A stretch of DNA of 64,000 bases. It comes from Takakia lepidozioides (lineage: Eukaryota > Plantae > Bryophyta). Positions 38,345 through 58,351 of the stretch are shown piece after piece. The translations under genes and the position numbers were made by a program. Below the pieces are notes generated by a model. That model was not told the DNA's origin. It made no database searches and saw nothing but the letters and a program-made list of their open reading frames with translations. The stretch spans positions 57,846,001 through 57,910,000 of the forward strand of contig CM060731.1 of NCBI GenBank assembly GCA_030704615.1. Direction: 5' to 3'. Numbering within the stretch: the stretch's first letter is position 1; each line of letters opens with the position of its first letter.

Positions 38345-38900
38345 TTCAATCTTGCACCTTTCCGTTCTCAAATTCAGCTTTGATTTGCTTCAAATTCGGA
38401 TCGCCGGAGCGGAAGCGTCCCCGAACGCGTTCCACAAGGTGCTATGTATCACCTCTTTAGTTACTTCCTCAATGACACGCTCCCCGCTGATTTCGAGCGC
38501 GCGGGGAGGCTCTATCTCGACTGTTACATCCTCTGGTTACGCCTGGAAGCATAAGCATGTACTTGGAGTCGGCAGAGGTACCTGCGTCGTACTTAATTTG
38601 TCAACACTCTCTTCTCAAGCGCAGGTCGGGGACAAGAACTGATCGTGGACTACCTACAGCGTGCGCACTTCGACAAATGACCAGGTGGGCATATATTTGC
38701 TTCTTGAAACCTACAGCTTGAAATTCTAAGGCACCTAAACTACTCGCAGACTCTGCTTGAGCCAATAAACAGGGAAAGGTAAAGGCCACGATCAAACAGA
38801 ATCTTGATCATTTACCATGTTGAACAAATTCTAGCAGTTCAACAAGCAGGGAGGTCAATTTTGAAGATATGATCTGTGGGAACCTCCACCAAGGCAACAT
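38345..38900 (-). pseudogene. Hsp20/alpha-crystallin-domain pseudogene
   Basis: Across frameshifts: NVALVEVPTDHIFKIDLP (~38900-38850), LMLPGV/PEDVTVEIEPPRALEISGER, GDT*HLVERVRGRF and NLKQIKAEFENGKV, which are canonical small heat-shock protein motifs. Confidence 0.72.
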
Positions 38901-39807
38901 TGTTGATAGTTGTAGAGCGGACGTCCGTGCGTGTGAGCGGCTGGGATCGTTTTCTCCCAAAAGAGAAAGTGCGAGATTAAGGGGATCCCAGTCGGGGTGC
39001 TGGAAGAAGTACATACAGGGTTTTGTTCCACCGTTTCTGCCTGGGACGGAGCTGCTGTGTGCAGGCACTAGATATGGATGGAGACAGTGGTGCCAAGGCG
39101 ACCCCACGGGTTTGCGGGTATGATATCTGCATGGCTGCAACCTGATCAGCAGAAGAGTCGGTCCTCGATACAATTCCTCGAGACTTACAGGCAGGTATGT
39201 CTCAAGTCTGGTGATCTTGGACTTCTCTATAAAATGCACAAGTGGGCAGCTGAGCAGCCATAGATTACAGATACAGCTACAGACAGATAGAATTCCTCAG
39301 TCTGTGCTTGCAGCGAATTGAGAAGAGAGTCTGTGTGAGAGAGCTGGAGGAGAAGAGACGGTGATAAATCGGTTGTCCATTGCATCGCAACTGGTGACCG
39401 TCGGTTTCCTCCTTTCCCCGAATGCGTCTGTGGACTGGGAACCGGTGACCGCTCGTTCTCACCGCCAGAGAACGGTTGGGATCGGTGAAAGTCGTCCGGC
39501 CGGATTTCCGTGACCGGATGTGACCGGTCAGACTTTGGAAGGCGTGAGAATGAACGCGTGTGCAGCGTGGACTTTTGATAAATCAGGGTTTGCCCGCAAC
39601 GAGCTCTTTGTATTTGGGGGTCCTCGGACTCTTGCCACTTTCATCGGATGAGAGATTGTGTGGAACATAATTTTTTGTAGTGGTCTTACTTGTGGATCAG
39701 ATCCTTAAGTCGTGGTTTGGATGAGAGTCTAGTTTGAACTGTTTCCACCACTTCATCTAGACGGAATCGGCCTTGTTTCAGAGAAAAGTTACGATTCAGG
39801 TGATGTA

Positions 39808-46674
<6,867 letters not shown>

Positions 46675-47814
46675 CCTTTCTGGTCACTGTTGTGACGAAT
46701 GTCAGGTGCTTATGTGGCCCAAATAATGAAACTCTTGTAACATGGGGCTTCATTCTGAGGCCATCACAATGCACACTCTGGCGGCTCTCGTCAGATGGCA
46801 CCCTTAATTCTGGGGATGATTTAGCCTTAAAATTGTTCCTCTGTGCCAGTCAGAAGTAAAGCCTTCTGATACACTGCAGGGTTCACAGATTGCTTCCATG
46901 CGGATGCCATACATTCTTTCTAAAGTCCAAGATAGGAACTTTTACTTTGTTCTGAGCTCAATTATTTGAGCTTGGGAATAAGACAGTCAAGAGGTCTGGC
47001 TGCGTGGCTGTGGCTCTCGTACAGACCCGAAAATGGAGTTACCATGTCTTTGAGCATATGCTTACTGGAGCATGGGGACGAATTTATACAAGTTGACCCC
47101 TGGACAAGAATTTCAGATTCATGTAAAATACCGCATATTGTGCTTAGAGCTTGAGACGAGTTTCCGCTCTTGTTCCGTTGTCAGAATTGTGATTTCAGAA
47201 GATGGGAGTTTTCTGCGCTTTACTGATTGTGGGCTCTGTTGCGGTTCGTTTAATGTGTGAGCAACAGCTGCAGGGCATGTTGCTTGAAATTCTAAATCTT
47301 TGAATGACAGATACAACAGTGGGTTTCAAACATGTCTTTGGCATGAAGATAATTGGTGATCTTCTAATAGCCAATCGGAAGAGATAACTGTTCATCCATC
47401 TTTGAAACCCCCATTACACATTTTGAGAAATCATTGGTTATCTCCTCACCATTTCACCTCTTTCATTCCCTATTGTAGAAACCAGAAAGCATCAATCACC
47501 TGTTATCATTCTCAAAAACTTGCTTGGGGAGTAGGTGTGTACTCTTCAATCCAAAAAGCATCAAGTTCAATATTAGATCGGGTAGAAAAATACTCGCCCG
47601 CATGAGTTGGTGATCACCAGTGCAAGCCAGATGTGGAACTTAGATGGGAGAAATCAGAAATGGCAGTATGGAGTAAGTATGTAGGTTTATTACTTGTATG
47701 TAGTAGGTGGGGTGCATAATTTAAAGTCCGAATTTTAATTTTGTTTTTCTCTCAATAATGGTTGTTTTTTTGTAGTTGTTTTTAACTTAGTTGTTCTATT
47801 ATAATTTGACCAAA

Positions 47815-48372
47815 CAAACTCCATCGTAGCAAGATGAGTAACAAGGTTTTCTACAGCAGGGCTTCCAACAGTTTTCATGTGGAAATGGTTTGCTTGAGGA
47901 TGATGACCATAATTGGAACAAAATGGAGTTTGTTTGGTCGAAGAATATATAGTGTTGTTGTAAGCAAACTCAGCTAATGGCAGAAGGTCCGACCAATTAT
48001 CTTGGTGATAATTTATCGTACAACGAAGATACTGCTCCAAAATCTGGTTTACGCGTTCGTTTTTACCATCAGTGATTAGTTGTAGAGAGGTTGATCTTAG
48101 TATCCAATATATGAAATAATCCCCTCCAGAAATTTGATATGAACTGTGGCCTTCGATAAGATACGATGTCATTCGGGAGTCCATGAATGCGGTAGATATT
48201 GTTGAGGAAGAGTTTTGCAGTTTTCTCGCCTGTAACCGTCTTATTACATAGAATGAAATGTGTCATCTTCGTAAAACGATCCACAATAACAAGGATTGAA
48301 TCGGTGGTCTTGGAAATTGGAAGATCCGTAATAAAGTCCATAGACACGGACGACCATGGACCCTCGGGAAGC
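47815..48372 (-). pseudogene. Ty3/gypsy integrase core fragment lying outside the LTR
   Basis: [68 protein letters not shown] and KQTPF; frameshifted. Confidence 0.9.
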
Positions 48373-48419
48373 ACTGAAGAGCAACTAATTTGTTAAAATA
48401 CTACGAAGTCAACTGAATA

Positions 48420-48791
48420 TGTCAAGGATGAGAACATGCCTGAACACAAACAAAATATCAGACTAGAGGTACAAGACTAGACAAGAAGTCAATATCGGCG
48501 TGGCCAAATGCATGATGGGTAAACAGGAATCAATATGATCTTTATAACAATGGACAAGAATACAAGATACTGGAACTCGACTTGAATACTGGATTGCTGG
48601 AAACTGGACTAGAGTGTCAGATACTGGAAACTAGAATACTGGAAGCTAAACTGGAGTACTAGGATTGGAAACAAGAGTAGTTTGAAGAGTGTCAAGTCTC
48701 GCCTCCTATATATAAATCACGATAATTTTTTGTAACTTGGTAACTTTTGGTATTTACTCTTGATAAGTTCCTTTGGGCTATGTTTGTGACA
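48420..48791 (-). repeat. 3' LTR
   Basis: TGTCA...TGACA ends; 48420-48715 is a direct repeat of 52496-52815; follows the polypurine tract. Confidence 0.85.
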
Positions 48792-51700
48792 TTACATCCT
48801 CCTCTAGCGCCGAGTTCCTCAAGGAGCGGTAAAATCTTGGACTTGCTTAGAGTTGGAGAAAATCCAAAATCCGGCGAATGATACTTGCCAAGTATTCGGC
48901 TTTTCGTTCTTGACTCAAATAATTTATAGGCCCCTGCAACCATCAATAGTGTCAACACCTTGAACTTAGGACCACGCAGTGATTTGAACATTCTGATTTT
49001 CGAAGCTGCCTCAAACATAATTTCGAGCTCCTTGTGAATTGTAGCAAGGTTTTCTGCAGCAGGGCTTCCGACAGTCTTCATGTGGAAAGGGTTTGCTCGA
49101 GGATGATGACCATAATTAGAAAAAAATGGAGTCTGCTTTGATTTGTACCTATGTTTATTTGCACAGGCCCAACACAGGGTCCTCATGCCTGCACATGGTT
49201 TTTTTGTTTTTCTCAGGGAGAATCATAATAGACAGTGTTCATCAATTTTAGTTACTCAGTAATATCTAGCTTGGACTTGAAATAAGGTCTTATGATAGAC
49301 AAGGACGACCATGGACCCTTGGGAATGGGTAATGGTTGAAGAAGGCTGTAAGGTCGATGTCGTGGTCCCTTCGCCCTAACACACGTGTCACAAGATTTTA
49401 TAAATTCTTTCACGAGTTTCCACATCTGTAGCCACCAATAGTCCCTGGATATCAATTCCATTATTTTGTTGAAGCCGAAATGTCCTGCAGTCAGAAGATC
49501 ATGACATGTTTGAAGAATTCGAGGTTGTATAGGTCCTGGAGGTACATAGAGAAGTCCCTTGAAATAAAGAAAGTCATATTTGAATTCGAAGTCGTTTGTA
49601 ACATGTGGGTTGTCTCGAGGTCAATTTAGTTGTCTTCGTAGTGTCGTAGCAAATTGGTCGCTCTTCAGTGCTTCCTGAATCTTCTTTATGATCTCTACAT
49701 TGTCATAGGTGGACATAGATAGTATATTCAATTGGAGATTTGTTGGTTTCAAGATGATGGATTTCTATTGGTCGAAAGCTGCCTCCCATTTTTTCGGCGC
49801 ATCGAAATGGATGACGTTACTCCTCAAAAACATCGATAATCGCTAGAAATTCATTGTCATGGATTTTATAATTGAACTCTGCAGCGGAAAATTTGCGAGA
49901 ACGAAAACCAACAGGTTGAAGTCGACCATCCGTACCGTATTGAGAGAGTATAGCGCCAAGTGCAAAGTCCGATGCATCTGCTTCAAAAAAGAATGGTTTA
50001 GATGGGTCTGCATGTACCAGTATTGGAGCCGTTGTAAATGTCTGCTTCAGCCTTTCAAATGTCTGGTCAGCCTTCTCGTCCTATACAAATTTGTCCTTCC
50101 GTGTGAGTTATGTCAATGGTACATCAATTTTGGAGTAGTCCTTGATGAAGATTCTATAGAAATTTGCAAATCCCAGATAACATTGTACATCTCGGACCGA
50201 AGTTGGTTTAATCCACTCGATGATGGTTTACTTCTGATCCATAAAGACGGCTTTGTCGGAAATAACGTAGCCCAGAAATTCGACCTCAGATTGATGAAAA
50301 ATATATTTTTTCAATTTGGCATATAGTCCTCTTTCTCTTAACTTATCAAGGACAAGGCGTACACGGCGGCCATGTTCTTCTTCATTCTGTGAAAATATCA
50401 AGTGTCGTCCAAATAGATGACTACAAAGTCATCTAAAAATTCTGGAAAGATGTCATTCATCATATGTTGAAAATTTGCTGGAGCATTTGTAAGACAGAGT
50501 GGCATAACACTGTATTCAAAATGTCCATACCTTGTTCGAAAAGTTGTTTTCCATTCGTCTCTTTCTTTTATCCGTACAAGGTTATAAGCTCTTCTCAAGT
50601 CAATTTTGGTGAAAATCTTCGCTCGTCCCAGCTGTTCGAGAAGCCCATAAATCAGCGGCAACGGATAACGATTATTAATTGTGACTTTATTGAGACCGTG
50701 ATAGTCTACACACATGCGTAATGATCCGTCTTTCTTTTTCATAAACAAGATAGGGGCCCTCGCAGGTGATTTTGAATGTCGAATGAAGTGCTTCAACAAA
50801 TTTTCATCAATGTATTCACGTAATGCAGCCAATTCCGTCTAGAATAAGTTATAGATTGGGCCGAATGGTGATTGGGCTCTTTCTTGTAACTCAATTGCAT
50901 AGTCATAAGGTCGATGTTCTAGCAATATGTATGCATTTTTTTCCTCGAAGACATCCTTGAAATCTTGATATTGAGTGGGTAATGTTGAAGTAGCTCCAAG
51001 GAATATGGGTTAAATACCTTTGATATTTCTACATTTTTGTCTAGCAGAAATTTTTTGCGATCGCCAGTCGATGTCAGGATTGTGAAATACGAACCAGGAA
51101 AGTCCAAGCATCACATGATTCGTTGGAGACTGGATGACGTTGAAAACAATATGTGATGCTTGATCTTTAAGTTTCATTTCAAGTGGTTGAGTTTCATGGT
51201 CAACATCTCCTAATGATAACAGTCGTTCATCGATTACTTCAACGGGGGCCGATAGTTTCTTCTTTAAGAGCGTTAAATTGTGTTGTTTCGCAAAAATTTT
51301 GTCAATAAAACATGCTGAAGCCCCTCAGTCCAAAAGTGCTTCTACAGAGATATATCGATTTTGCACTCTGATTTTTACCGAAACCGTGAAGCAAGGTGCA
51401 GGGTCTGGAGGTAGAAAGAGACTTTTTTTTTGTGAGGAATTTGTGGTGTCCAGCCGCATGGTTCCTACTGTGACTAGACATCTTCATTTTCCGACCTCCG
51501 TATCGAACACTTGAGTTGCGAATATTCTCTTGTTGGGGAAGTTAAATGTTATATAATCTTCTTCTCCGCAATAGAGGCATAATCCATTCGAGCGTCATCT
51601 TTGTTTTTCTTGTGGCGTCAATGGCTTGAATCGGACAGCATCAATCTGCATAGGATCACTACCGGATGTCTGATGGATTGTTGTGTTTGGTCCGTAGTAC

Positions 51701-52495
51701 GGCATGATGCGTCGTCGACCATCCAGATCGCTTTTTTTGTCGTCTTTTGAACAACCGATTATCGCATACAATGACTTGGGTGATGAATTCGCTCAGTGTA
51801 CTCACGTTTGTCATTATCATCAACAATTTTTTTACATCATCTTTTAGCCCACATCGAAACTGACTAATGAGACTCTTCTCATTCCAGTCGAGGCCACACG
51901 CAAGTTGTCGAAATTTGGCAGCATAAACGGAAGCAGGACGTGCTCCTTGTCTCTCCAACTCTCTATCTCTCTCTATCATTCTCTCCAAACATTGCAGTGA
52001 ACTCGGACATGAACGCTTCAAAATTATATATTAAATGCGAAAAAAAATTTAATAGCAGTGCAAACCAAGATAGGACAGTGCCTGATAGAAGGGTGCCCAC
52101 GAATCCCACTTGAATACCTTCATCGGGGTATCGTTGTGGATATACTTGTACAAACAGTCGTACTTGTTGAACAAAACCGCGAAATCTTGATCTCGTCCCA
52201 TCAAATTTCTCAAGCATGCTGATCTTTGGTTCTTTCGTAATCTGTTGAAGATGAACCGTTGCAGTAGGGACTCGTATGGTTGAAGATCCATTGTTCGACT
52301 CCTTTAACTCTGAAATTTGTTGTTGCAAATTGTGGAGAGCGTTGCCAAGATCTTGAAACTGATCAGCTTGTAATTGGGTGGGAGAGGTACGAAGTTCTTG
52401 TATCTGGAGCTGAAGACTCTACAATATGGCGACCATTTCCGCAAATGTACCTTCCATCTTAACTAACTAAGAAGCAAACTTTAGTCTCGTCAAAT

Positions 52496-53086
52496 TGTCA
52501 AGGACGAAAACATGCTTGAACACAAACAAGATATCAGACTAGAGGTACAAGACTAGAAAAAAAATCAAGGTCGGCATGGCCGAATGCATGATAGGTAAAC
52601 AAGAATCAAAGATGATCTTTATAACAATGGACAAGAGTACAAGATATTGGAACTCGACTTGAATACTGGAATGCTGGAAACTGGACTAGAGTGTCAGATA
52701 CTGGAAACTGGGCTAGAGTACTAGAAGCTGAACTGAAGTACTGGGACTGGAAACAAGAGTAGTTTGAACTTGTGTTGGCGAGACTGAAGAGTGTCCAGCC
52801 TCGCCTCCTATCTATACTTGTTACTAGGAAGTTCTCTAAAGAAGCTTCCCCAATGGAGGTTTATTGATGAAGAAGTTTCCTTAAACAAAAGAGGTATCTT
52901 GACATAAAAGTTTCTTCAAAAGGAAGCTTCCTGAGCAGTTTCATAAGTTACTCTCGATAACTTGGTAAACTCCCGGTAACTTGATAATTAGAAAATAAAT
53001 CACTCCTAAATTATGGTCTCTCGACCTGCCCGTGGCTACTACCTTCCGATGGTAGTCTTTCGGTTGGAAGGGAACCCTTTATAACA
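52496..53086 (-). repeat. 5' LTR (outer boundary tentative)
   Basis: Direct repeat of the 3' LTR over ~300 bp with a TATA-like box at 52809-52816. The minus-strand TGTTATAAAG at 53086 is taken as the start. Confidence 0.7.
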
Positions 53087-53094
53087 TCCAAGAG

Positions 53095-53935
53095 AGAGGT
53101 TGGGTAACGCATCCTCATGTGTGCACAAAGGGCATATTCCCTAAGTTTCTGCGATACCCGCAGAATCTTCCACAACGAAACGAAATTGATAAAACTAACA
53201 ATTCTGCGAAACTAACACATAAAGAACAAGTAGCCCTATACCTGATGAATATTTTACCCTGTAGGCATTGTTTTTTCTCACGTTGTGCTCATATGATACC
53301 AGCTCTTTTTCATAACATGCGCGAAAGTGAGCGGTGAGGCTTCACCTCAAATTTAAGGTCCTCGCCCATGTATAACTTCGCATGGCGAAACTCTGTACCA
53401 ACCAGCCTGAGAAGAAATCACACTGCAGCTAAAAGTATGAATAGGTCACTTTTAAAGTCCCCACCCATGTACATTTTCGCAAAGCGAAACTCTGTCCTTT
53501 AACAACTACAATTACATATTGAAAGATACATTTGCAGTGCGAAACTCTCATCCCTGAAGAGAGGTTGGGTAGCGTGCAGTAAGATGCTCGCAAACATAAG
53601 AATATGAAGAATGTCTAAAACAATTGATTTAGTCTTGTGTATGTTTGCGAACGTAGATCAAGTTGGGAAAGCTTGCTAACCTGTACCTAGACCTAAACCC
53701 TACACAACAGCAAATTTTGGATGTGGGATTGTTGGGTGATGGGATTTCATATATAAAGTTTCGACTCGAGCTATACCACTGAGGGTTTCTCAATGCGAAA
53801 CCCACCGTTGCTTAGGTTTGTGCCAATATTACCAAATACTTCTCAATGCGAAACTCGCCGCCACTGCTATAGGTTTAGGGTTTCTGGCTACACTACTGAA
53901 GGTTTCGCCTCGCTGAATTAGAGTAGATGTACCGT
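53095..53935. repeat. Repeat-rich segment with recurring GCGAAAC(T) motifs, probably transposon subterminal DNA
   Basis: GCGAAAC occurs at ~53206, 53386, 53484, 53539, 53795 and 53848, and inverted at ~53903. GAGAGGTTGGGTA is duplicated at ~53094 and ~53560. Confidence 0.45.
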
Positions 53936-56439
53936 ATAAATGCACCCGTCCTCTATACCCGCTTTACAATTTTATTTCATTTTGAAAACATATAACTCCT
54001 ATGACCGAGGTTTAAAAACATAAAACTCCCATGATGGTGGATTGTGCTCACGCAAGTGTGATACCAACATACCAACCCCCCCAACACATGGTTTCAGCCA
54101 GCGTTGGATTAGTATTTTGAACATATCACTGTGGAATGGCCTTCATCTGATTGCAATACCCGTGAAGCACTGGTATTGGGAAAAATCTGATATTTGAATA
54201 CCATGGTGGTATCAATAATACAATATTGGTATGGTATTTTACTGGTACTAATAACAAGACTTTTGAAAACCCGATACCATCAATCAATCCGGGGCATTAT
54301 CAATGCTGATCTTGTATTGAAAAAATTAACTATGTATATTCATATTGTGATATTTTAGTCAAAGGGGCGGTGTTTCATCCATTTTGATGAAGGGCTAACC
54401 AAGCAGTTCATATTTCTCACATCTGTACATAATTGGTTGGGTAGGGTATCTATCATGATAAAATGTAATTTTTATTATATGAATGGTGAGTGAGGGGTGT
54501 GGACCTGTTGATATTGTTGACGAAAGAGGTATTCCATGGGTAAGTAAAATATCAGGGCATAACCTTGCTAGACAACGGTAGGGGATATAGAGACAAGTGC
54601 AAGATAGCTTTGCACGTAAATGTTTTTGCGACCTAGGAGTCAATCATACGTTCTCAAGTTAGTGCCAATAGAGTAAGTGCCATAACTTGCATGTGTTATA
54701 AGCCCTCACGTGCGCAAGCATGAAGAAAGAGCGACGTCACGAAAGGGCATGGAGTCATGCGACGAGGTGAGTTAGGCTCAAGAACGGTCCACTTGTAAAT
54801 GCTTCGCTATCTAACAAAGAGTCAGTGGCCGATGGGAGATATCTCCCCCTAACTACCTTGTGACAAGTGCAGAGTCCAACTTCTACACTCAAGACAAAAA
54901 GCGTTTGTCCTAAAACTAGTCCTACAAATAATATTTATCCTTCGTCGATTACATTAAAAAAAATTTACAAAGTGTAAGGGAGCAAGATTTTAATAACAAT
55001 TAGGGCAGTTTAAATATAAAGAGGTGACAATTATCTTCCACTTAGTTTACAAGGACGAATATGATGTTTTTAACATTCAGGATTGTGTCTAAGGATGAGA
55101 TAAGATGCCATATAATCGAATTCACACACATGGAGTGACATGGAAGGGAGCGTCACCCCAATCTGTGAATCTGTGTATACCGTAAGCTTCGTGTCATGAA
55201 ATTTGAGTAAGTATCGAAAGTACAAAAAAGACCACACCAAACAATAGAATGACAATCGGACACGAGCCGCGTGTATGGCAATCCAACAATAATCAAATGT
55301 AGTATCTAGGGTTCTGGTACCTAGTAGCTACCATCACTAATTGCTTCACAACAACCATCAGCAACCTGACAAAAGACATGGAGAAGCCGATGGAAAGCCG
55401 AGGGAGAATACTGTCAGATTGCACAGGTGCATTAAGTCCCTACATTACTGCTATTGTTTTCCAATGGGCACCAAGGATCAGCTATGCCGTCGTGACTTAT
55501 TTTCTACAATCTTCCTAACTATGAGTTGGGCTTGCTCCTTTTGACGGCCCTTTCTATGGAATGTGTCCACTCCTTAGTATTTCATCAAGAGCACCTTCAA
55601 TCGAACAATCTTCTTTTAGATGCACGAACATGTCGTTTGGGCTCCAGTTCTCGATTGTTTAAAGAAAATCTACAAACTGTGCTCCTAACAAAAATGCAAG
55701 AGCAACCTTGAAGAGCTACTGGGGAAGACTGCACTACGCAGTAGAATTTATATCTGCAGCAACGTCCTTGTATTGTTGCCAACAACCTGATTTCCTTAGG
55801 TCTTTGTGTCGGAGCATTGGCCACAACCACCACAAACTATAATCTGTAAACGGGACGTTCTCAATGCGCGTCATCGTTGGAGTGTGCGACATGCTCTCAG
55901 TAATAGGCCGCATGGTGCGAGGGTCCTCAAGCCACTTGTTGAACTTCTCCACCTGCAAGGGATCCATTTCCACCATCCGCCACGCCCTCGTCATTCGTAG
56001 CCAAGGACTCGTAGACAAATCTGCCTCGTCTTCCATCTCTCTCTTCTCAACACCACAAACCACGTACCCGAGCACCCATCACGAAGATGACGATGACGGT
56101 TGCCTTCAACCTTTTTATATCCCTCCCTGAATTATTTTCACTGTGCCTTTAATCTTAATATAAAAGTACAACAACTTTAGCAAGTTTCACGTATTTCTAT
56201 AGCGACGAAAGAATGATAGACTAAAAATATCTCAATTTTAGATCAATGATATCCACTGTCTGTCTTCTTCGTTCTGTGAGGGAGGAAGATTGACTTCTGC
56301 AGCAGCCCAGTTGTTTGAGAGAGTAGGACACGGAAGTGTATCTGTTGCTTCAATTCCAACCTGTGGGCTGTGAGCTTTAATGAGACAATAGATCGAGCTG
56401 CCTTGAGTTCATGCGAGGAGAGTCCGCTATTGTTAAACT

Positions 56440-57110
56440 GCAGTTTCCCCGGGCCAGATAACTTTCTATGCTCTTCCCTGAAATTATTGAGAAGCCCTTT
56501 CAAGTTTGGTCCCAAGATTGTTATGAAGATCGTGACATGCATCATCGTCATTGGAAAATATTCTCATTCAAATCAGATTAGTCACACCTTTGATTATTAT
56601 CTTTGGCCTGTTCCTACACTGCTGCACCCTTTCAATGCTTTCCAATGCATTTCAAACACCTGTCAACAATTTGCAATCTTACAACCTCACGAGCATCCAT
56701 AAGAAAAAGCTTTCCAAAGCAACACAATGCCATGTCAACAGATTTGTTAGCTCACAAGCAATATACTGGGACACCTTTAACTACACGTAAATTCCGGATG
56801 GAAACTTGAAATTACCTACCCATAGTTGAAATGTAAAGGTTTCCTATCCATATGCAACCAGTTAATATGAAAGTGGAAAGTAAGCTTAATACTTGGTGCA
56901 TATAACTCAGCAGAACTGGAAATAGTGGGGCTTAGCGAGCAAGGGACCCCTATCACCCTCCAGAGGCCCAGTAAAAGTACCTGGCATTGCCAGTAATTTC
57001 TGCGAAAAATAGCATTCCCATATTCCAGCCATAAAGTTTCCACGTTGATATCTGTAGCATGACATACCTTATGCTCTAGAATGTCTGCTTCATCTTTGCT
57101 CTTTTATGTA
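56440..57110 (-). pseudogene. Degenerate tandem copy of the TMEM144 terminal exon, intron end and 3' region
   Basis: Aligns by eye with 57860-58545 (offset ~1.44 kb). The copy exon 56932-57052 keeps the acceptor CAG|ATATCAA and the end GCTCGCTAA but is frameshifted. Confidence 0.85.
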
Positions 57111-58351
57111 CTTTTGTCTAGGAAGCAATAGGAATTTTTCGGCCATTCAATTTTGATCCATGAGAAAAGGAAAGAATCAATGTGACACTGCAATGGGCTG
57201 TGGAGCCCACATAGGATTTCTAGCCCGTCCAGACTGATGCGATTTTTCTTTTGTATGTTAGAAGTTAGAAGCCTTTATTTCATGGAAAGTCCTCTTGAAT
57301 TTGCTGGGGATGGGCGCCCTATGGGTGTTAGCATCAAACCCTTTGAAAGGGAACTATTGAGGCAATTCTGGTGGGGTCAGCCGCCGCACACAATCGGAGC
57401 TCTCCAAAACCATACATGTGGTCTCCCCACCAGAATTGCGTCAATCCCCAGCAGGCAGCTCAAATTCCAGACAATATGCTTTGTTGATGTGCCCATGCAC
57501 ATAGTCGAAACATTTCAAACCATTGATATCTATTAGTGAAGTTACACATTTTTTACTTTGGATTTTATCTTGGTCCATTGGCTGCTTGCCCGGTTGATGA
57601 AGCAACACTCCCCGCCACGCTCTCCCTCTTGTTGACTGCTTTTATCTCTGAAAGGAATGCAGCGGAAGATTGCAGGCTATAAGCCAAGCTTTGAAGTTGG
57701 AATGGGATGGCAGCACATTTGAAGAAGGCACTCTGTTCTTGGTTCTGGGTTCCATTGCATTCATCTTCCAACTGCCTTCATTTCCAACATGTGGTCTGAG
57801 AGTAAGAAAATAAGTCAAACTGACGTGAGCTCATGTGAAGGGAGTTCACTATCCTTAAAGTGCAGTTTGAGGACCACAACAATTTCCCATGTTCTTCCCT
57901 GAAATTGTGGACTTGTGAGGGCTGGCTTCAAGATTCTTATGGAAGTCATGTATCATCATCATTGCAAAGCGTTTTCACTCAAATTGGATTTGTGCCAACT
58001 TTGAATATTTCACACCGTCATACCTGGTAGACCGTTTGGCTTATACCATCTTCCATAAGCAAAATCATTCAAACCCAAAACTATGCACTGTCAACCAATT
58101 TGCAATCTCACAAGCTTATGAGTGTCAATTTCAAACCAACACAATGACCTGTGAACAAAAATGTTATCTCACAAGCAATATAGGGGGACATCATTAAAAT
58201 ACATACTTTCATAACATAGCTTGGAGGGTGGGGACAACTACACATTCGGGTTGAAACCCACCCATGGTTGAAATGTAAGGATTTCCTTTCCATATGCAAC
58301 CCGGTAAAACGAGAGTAGAAGCTTAGCACTTTGGTGAAGAGAGAGTAGGGC

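Larger units (their letters stand above)
48420..53086 (-). mobile_element. Ty3/gypsy LTR retrotransposon (Tf1/Tcn1-like), decayed
   Basis: gag (EKFDGTRSRFRGF, YAAKFRQLA, QFRCGL, LCLYCGE), protease (ALLD*GASACFID), RT ([36 protein letters not shown]), RNase H and integrase zinc-finger region. Polypurine tract AGAGGAGGATGTAA precedes the 3' LTR. No TSD found. Confidence 0.9.

Noticed and set aside
48570-48680. Short ACTGGA/ACTAGA repeats resembling a spaced array (also 52660-52755)
   Set aside because: These are internal LTR repeats without unique spacers, so not CRISPR; the context is eukaryotic.
48795-49030. Chromodomain at the end of pol
   Set aside because: Expected for this clade, but no chromodomain motif is readable in the degraded sequence.
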